A stretch of 64,000 nt of DNA from Nitrospinaceae bacterium (GTDB taxonomy: Bacteria; Nitrospinota; Nitrospinia; Nitrospinales; Nitrospinaceae), in NCBI GenBank assembly GCA_965223665.1, contig OZ245011.1:2368001-2432000 (forward strand). The letters run 5' to 3'. Below, one piece after another: positions 60,176 to 64,000 of this stretch; within the stretch, counting starts at the first letter, position 1; each line of letters starts with the position of its first letter. The position numbers and the translations under genes are program-made. Below the pieces are notes generated by a model, which saw only the letters and a program-made list of their open reading frames with translations, was not told where the DNA came from and did no database searches.

Positions 60176-62917
60176 TCAAAATTGCCATCCTCGCTCCCAA
60201 CCCAGCTTCATTAGAGCGGGTAACAATGTAACTGAAGTGAACAAACAACTCCCAACCCCTAAAGTCAGCACTGCCCCTAAACTGAATACTCCCTGATGGT
60301 CTGCAATCATTAAACTCCCAAACCCAATCATAGTAGTCAATGATGTTAAAAGTACAGCCTGACCTGTGCTTTTAGAAATCACGTTAGCACCAGAATGGAT
60401 ATCTTCTTTATAACGGTGCATGATATGTACCCCATCAACTACACCGATTCCTAAAATCAATGGCAATATCACTAAATTTGCCAGGTTAAATTGAATGCTG
60501 AATAAGTCCATTAAACCTAATGTTAATATCGCCCCAGCAACGGAAGGTAAAAGAACTAGCAAAGCTGTTTTTAATTTTCTAAATGTGAGCAACAGATAAA
60601 TAAAAATTACTGAAAATGCATAAATCCCGCTTCGAATGTATCCTTCGATCATTAATCGGCTTGAATTATACATATGCACCGCATTACCGGTGACATTGGG
60701 ATCAATTATCTGCATTTCATTTAAAAAACGTTCCATAGATTCACGCTCCCAAATATTTATATTAGGATATATCAATAAAAGATATTTACCTGATGGGCTT
60801 ATGAAGCGTAACTTTAAATCCTGCGGAAATTCATCAATTTTTACTGGAGTGGGGTTGGAAGATTTTTTTAAATCATCAATTTTTTTTCTATAGTCATTAA
60901 ACAGATTTTTTGAAAAATTTTGAAGTTGTGAGTTTGCGACTGCAGGTTCCACTTGTCCAAGTGTATGTTGCAACGCTTTCAATTTTTGAGAGGCTTCAAA
61001 CACTTTATCAGAACTGTTTTCTTTTTCTTTTTTACGTAATTTAAACCTTAGTTTTTTCAAAGTCGCATTAAGCTGATTCAATGAAAAAGCTTCATCTTTA
61101 GGACTCACCTTCAAATCCTCAATTTCGGGGTTAATTTCGGCTATCCATTTTATTTTTTCCTCCTGTTTTTCAGGAAATGCGGTCAATATTGTTTCCACTC
61201 TTCCAACCGTCGGACTCCTTTTAAGTTTCTGAAATTTTTCTTTCGCCTCTTCAAGAGAATCTGCCATCATCGCAGCGTTCCAAGAAGCCCGTTTAGCATT
61301 TTTTATGATTTTCATTTCATAATCTACTGCTTCAATTCCTTTTGCCTGCATGTTAAGCAAATTGTAATCAAAACGCGTATCTTTAGATACCCAACTAGCC
61401 CAAAATAAAAGCAACAATGTAACTAAGATTATCAATAAGTAATGAGAAAAACATTTTTCAAATAACATTTCTTTTTCATATATTTTTTGGGCAGATTGAT
61501 AGACCGGGTTTCCCCAACGTTCATGTAATACAATCAAAGCCGGGAGCAAAATAATCATTCCTAAAAAACAAATTAAAATACCACCAAAAGCAATTATTCC
61601 TAATTCAATGATTCCTACAAAATTACTGAAAGCCATAGCTCCAAAAGCGATAGCAGTTGTGACCGCTCCTGCAAGGTTTCCAACCCCTGTTTTTTGCAAA
61701 GTATTACTTAAAGCCATTGAAACTTTCTGACCAAGCTGCCTTTCCTCTCGGTAACGACAAAGTATATGGATCCCAAAATCAATTCCCAATCCTATTAGAA
61801 TAGTTGTAAATACTACTGAAATTATATTCAGGTGGCCAACCACCAATGTGGTGTATCCTAATGCAACGGCAATACATATCAATAAAGTAAATACTGCAAG
61901 AAGAGGCTGAATCAATCCTCTATAGAATCCAATAAATAATATGGCAACTCCAATTAAGGCATAAAGGGATGCCCGTTTGGCATCTCTATGTGTAGTATAC
62001 ATTTCATCCGAGGCAATGACTTCCCCTCCCGTCAACCCCACCTGGATTTCCGAAAAATCCTTTTTTGTCTCATTGATAATTTCTCGGATATCTTCAATTG
62101 CCTGTTTAGCACCTGCAAAATCTCCAGAGGTTTCTCTAGGGTTAAGCAAAATAAATAACAATTTCTGATCATCGGAGACCAAATAACCTTGCGACTCTAA
62201 ATCATCTGTATTTATTGAAAATAGTTCGCCCCAAGGAGATTCAAATTTCCCTTTCCCTTTTAATCGATTATTTGCTTGATCCAATAAATTAATCAAAAGA
62301 CTTAAGTCTTCTTCATTCTCCTGAATATCTTCATCTTCGGATCCTAAAAAATCCGTCATTAAAGTATCAACAACACCTACGCTTATTTCTTCATTTATAC
62401 TTTGCAAAAGAGTATTTAGGCCAGGGGACTCATTCAATTTAAGCATAAATTCTTCACGATCAATAAGATTCTCTCTAAGCTGAATCAAATCTTCCTGACT
62501 TAAATAAAGGAGGGATTTACTTTTAAAATATTCTGTATCGACTTTAAAATAAATCTCCGAAAAAACATCTTTCTTGTTATTTAACTGGACCACCAACTTT
62601 TCTGCAAAATCTCTCATTTCAGACTGTTTGTTTCCCTCAATCACAACAATCATTCCATCAAAATCTTTAAATTCATTTCGATACTTTTTATAAAGAACGT
62701 GAAAAGGTAAATCTTGAGCTATTAAATCTTTTCGGCTAGTTTTAAATTTTAGATGCTCTGATGTAAACCAAAGACAAAATCCTGCGAGGAATAAGGAAAC
62801 CAAAAGGATGGTCAATGGATGTGAATAGACCCATTGTTCTAGATTTTTAAATCCTTTTATTAAGATATTGGGATTATTATCGGGCGGTTGAGATAGACCT
62901 GGTGTTGAATTTTTCAT
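60176..62917 (-). CDS. MMPL/RND family transporter (HpnN-like)
   Basis: Two TM bundles with GLGIDFGIH and GIGVVDGVH, large periplasmic loops. Confidence 0.88.
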   Translation of the reverse strand: MKNSTPGLSQPPDNNPNILIKGFKNLEQWVYSHPLTILLVSLFLAGFCLWFTSEHLKFKTSRKDLIAQDLPFHVLYKKYRNEFKDFDGMIVVIEGNKQSEMRDFAEKLVVQLNNKKDVFSEIYFKVDTEYFKSKSLLYLSQEDLIQLRENLIDREEFMLKLNESPGLNTLLQSINEEISVGVVDTLMTDFLGSEDEDIQENEEDLSLLINLLDQANNRLKGKGKFESPWGELFSINTDDLESQGYLVSDDQKLLFILLNPRETSGDFAGAKQAIEDIREIINETKKDFSEIQVGLTGGEVIASDEMYTTHRDAKRASLYALIGVAILFIGFYRGLIQPLLAVFTLLICIAVALGYTTLVVGHLNIISVVFTTILIGLGIDFGIHILCRYREERQLGQKVSMALSNTLQKTGVGNLAGAVTTAIAFGAMAFSNFVGIIELGIIAFGGILICFLGMIILLPALIVLHERWGNPVYQSAQKIYEKEMLFEKCFSHYLLIILVTLLLLFWASWVSKDTRFDYNLLNMQAKGIEAVDYEMKIIKNAKRASWNAAMMADSLEEAKEKFQKLKRSPTVGRVETILTAFPEKQEEKIKWIAEINPEIEDLKVSPKDEAFSLNQLNATLKKLRFKLRKKEKENSSDKVFEASQKLKALQHTLGQVEPAVANSQLQNFSKNLFNDYRKKIDDLKKSSNPTPVKIDEFPQDLKLRFISPSGKYLLLIYPNINIWERESMERFLNEMQIIDPNVTGNAVHMYNSSRLMIEGYIRSGIYAFSVIFIYLLLTFRKLKTALLVLLPSVAGAILTLGLMDLFSIQFNLANLVILPLILGIGVVDGVHIMHRYKEDIHSGANVISKSTGQAVLLTSLTTMIGFGSLMIADHQGVFSLGAVLTLGVGSCLFTSVTLLPALMKLGWERGWQF

Positions 62918-62971
62918 ACCAATTGATTATAACAGGTCCAAAGGGAGGGTACTTTAGAAATCCCTGTGTCT

Positions 62972-63793
62972 TTAAAAAGTAAATCCTAATGAGAACACAT
63001 GAGCATTCAATCCAATATTAGGAGATTTTATATTGGAGTTAGAAAGATGCCAAAGTCGATAGTTTAACAAAAAAGAATGACCATCATCACAAAAAATCTC
63101 AACGCCAGCACCAGTTTGTAAAATAAATTCAAATGCCGTGCTAATTTCACGGGCCGCTTCATGCCAGTCCCCTATCGAAAAACCTGCGCCCCCAAAAACA
63201 TATGGGGCCCACTTTCGCTGGGGATTTATGAATTTATATTCTACTTGAATGGGAGTGAATCCAAACAAAAAATTAGGAGCATTATCAGTTTTTACACCGT
63301 TTCTATCAGGATCAGCAATTGAAATGGCTGTCCCCGCTTCGATCACCCAAAACAAAGCCCCTTGAAAAAAAGATTTCCCAATCAATCCAGTTAAGTTGTA
63401 TTTAAAAAACGGAAAAAAATAAACGAAATCTATATTTGTCCGATCATTCACAGCCGAACTCACAGGTGGAAGATCGAAAGTATATCCGTAACCTAATTGG
63501 ATGCCAAATTCCTTGGTTCCCCTTGCAAACCGTGAATTAGTTGAGGTAGATGGGAAACTTTGTTTACTTTCGGAAACTTGATCGTTAGAAGAAATGTTTT
63601 TAGTCAGGAGTTTTTTTCCAGTTAGATTATTAATCTGAAATTCACGAAAAGAATTTGGATATTTCCGATCGGTATTTTGATGAACTTCCGCAAAGGATGT
63701 ATTCCAACCAAATGCAAAAATTAAAGTAACTAAACAAATCAAGGGGTTCAAAGGAAACATAACGATATGAAGGAAATTTTGAAATTTTACCAC
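62972..63793 (-). CDS. Outer-membrane acyloxyacyl hydrolase / PagL-like beta-barrel
   Basis: PYVFGGAG, FEFILQTGAG, YRLWHLSNS...PNIGLN, terminal Phe. Confidence 0.75.
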   Translation of the reverse strand: MVKFQNFLHIVMFPLNPLICLVTLIFAFGWNTSFAEVHQNTDRKYPNSFREFQINNLTGKKLLTKNISSNDQVSESKQSFPSTSTNSRFARGTKEFGIQLGYGYTFDLPPVSSAVNDRTNIDFVYFFPFFKYNLTGLIGKSFFQGALFWVIEAGTAISIADPDRNGVKTDNAPNFLFGFTPIQVEYKFINPQRKWAPYVFGGAGFSIGDWHEAAREISTAFEFILQTGAGVEIFCDDGHSFLLNYRLWHLSNSNIKSPNIGLNAHVFSLGFTF

Positions 63794-64000
63794 AAATCAA
63801 ATTTACATTATTTTTTCATTAGTTTAATGAGTCGAAAATTTAATTCAAACCCTACAACAATTATTTAAAAAAATTTACCCGCCTAAAAAAAGTACTTAAA
63901 ATACGCTTTAAGAAACTATTAAGTTTGTCAACTAAAAGTGAGGGTGTTAGAATTTGGAACAAATTAATGATGATATGGAATAAACCTATAAATCAACCGG

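Overview
Bacterial chromosomal window, AT-rich, mostly housekeeping and envelope genes: csrA-fliW, yhaO/yhaN-like nuclease/ATPase, peptide ABC permeases, ABC-F, valS, pepF, dacB, mpl, purS-purQ-purL-purF and an MMPL/HpnN-like transporter. The gene repertoire is reminiscent of Nitrospinota or deltaproteobacteria, which is inference only. The stand-out element is at about 2.8-7.7 kb: a complete type I-E Cascade operon (cas8e-cas11-cas7-cas5-cas6e) with no cas3, cas1 or cas2 anywhere in the window. Two bases after the cas6e stop comes a leaderless two-repeat, one-spacer mini-array whose hairpins show a compensatory base-pair change. Next are a convergent 72-aa internally duplicated protein and the 3' end of tRNA-Phe. 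This looks like a non-cleaving, fixed-guide Cascade, possibly an RNA-guided regulator, and its spacer partially matches the locus's own cas7. Secondary points: a duplicated PA2779/PA2778-like pair with one catalytically dead peptidase, an unannotated 39-aa ORF, a RomR-like regulator beside valS, a cysteine-less radical-SAM-like protein, and two single-G frameshifts (purQ and a spermidine-synthase-like gene) that are probably sequencing errors. All family assignments come from motif recognition by eye, not database searches.
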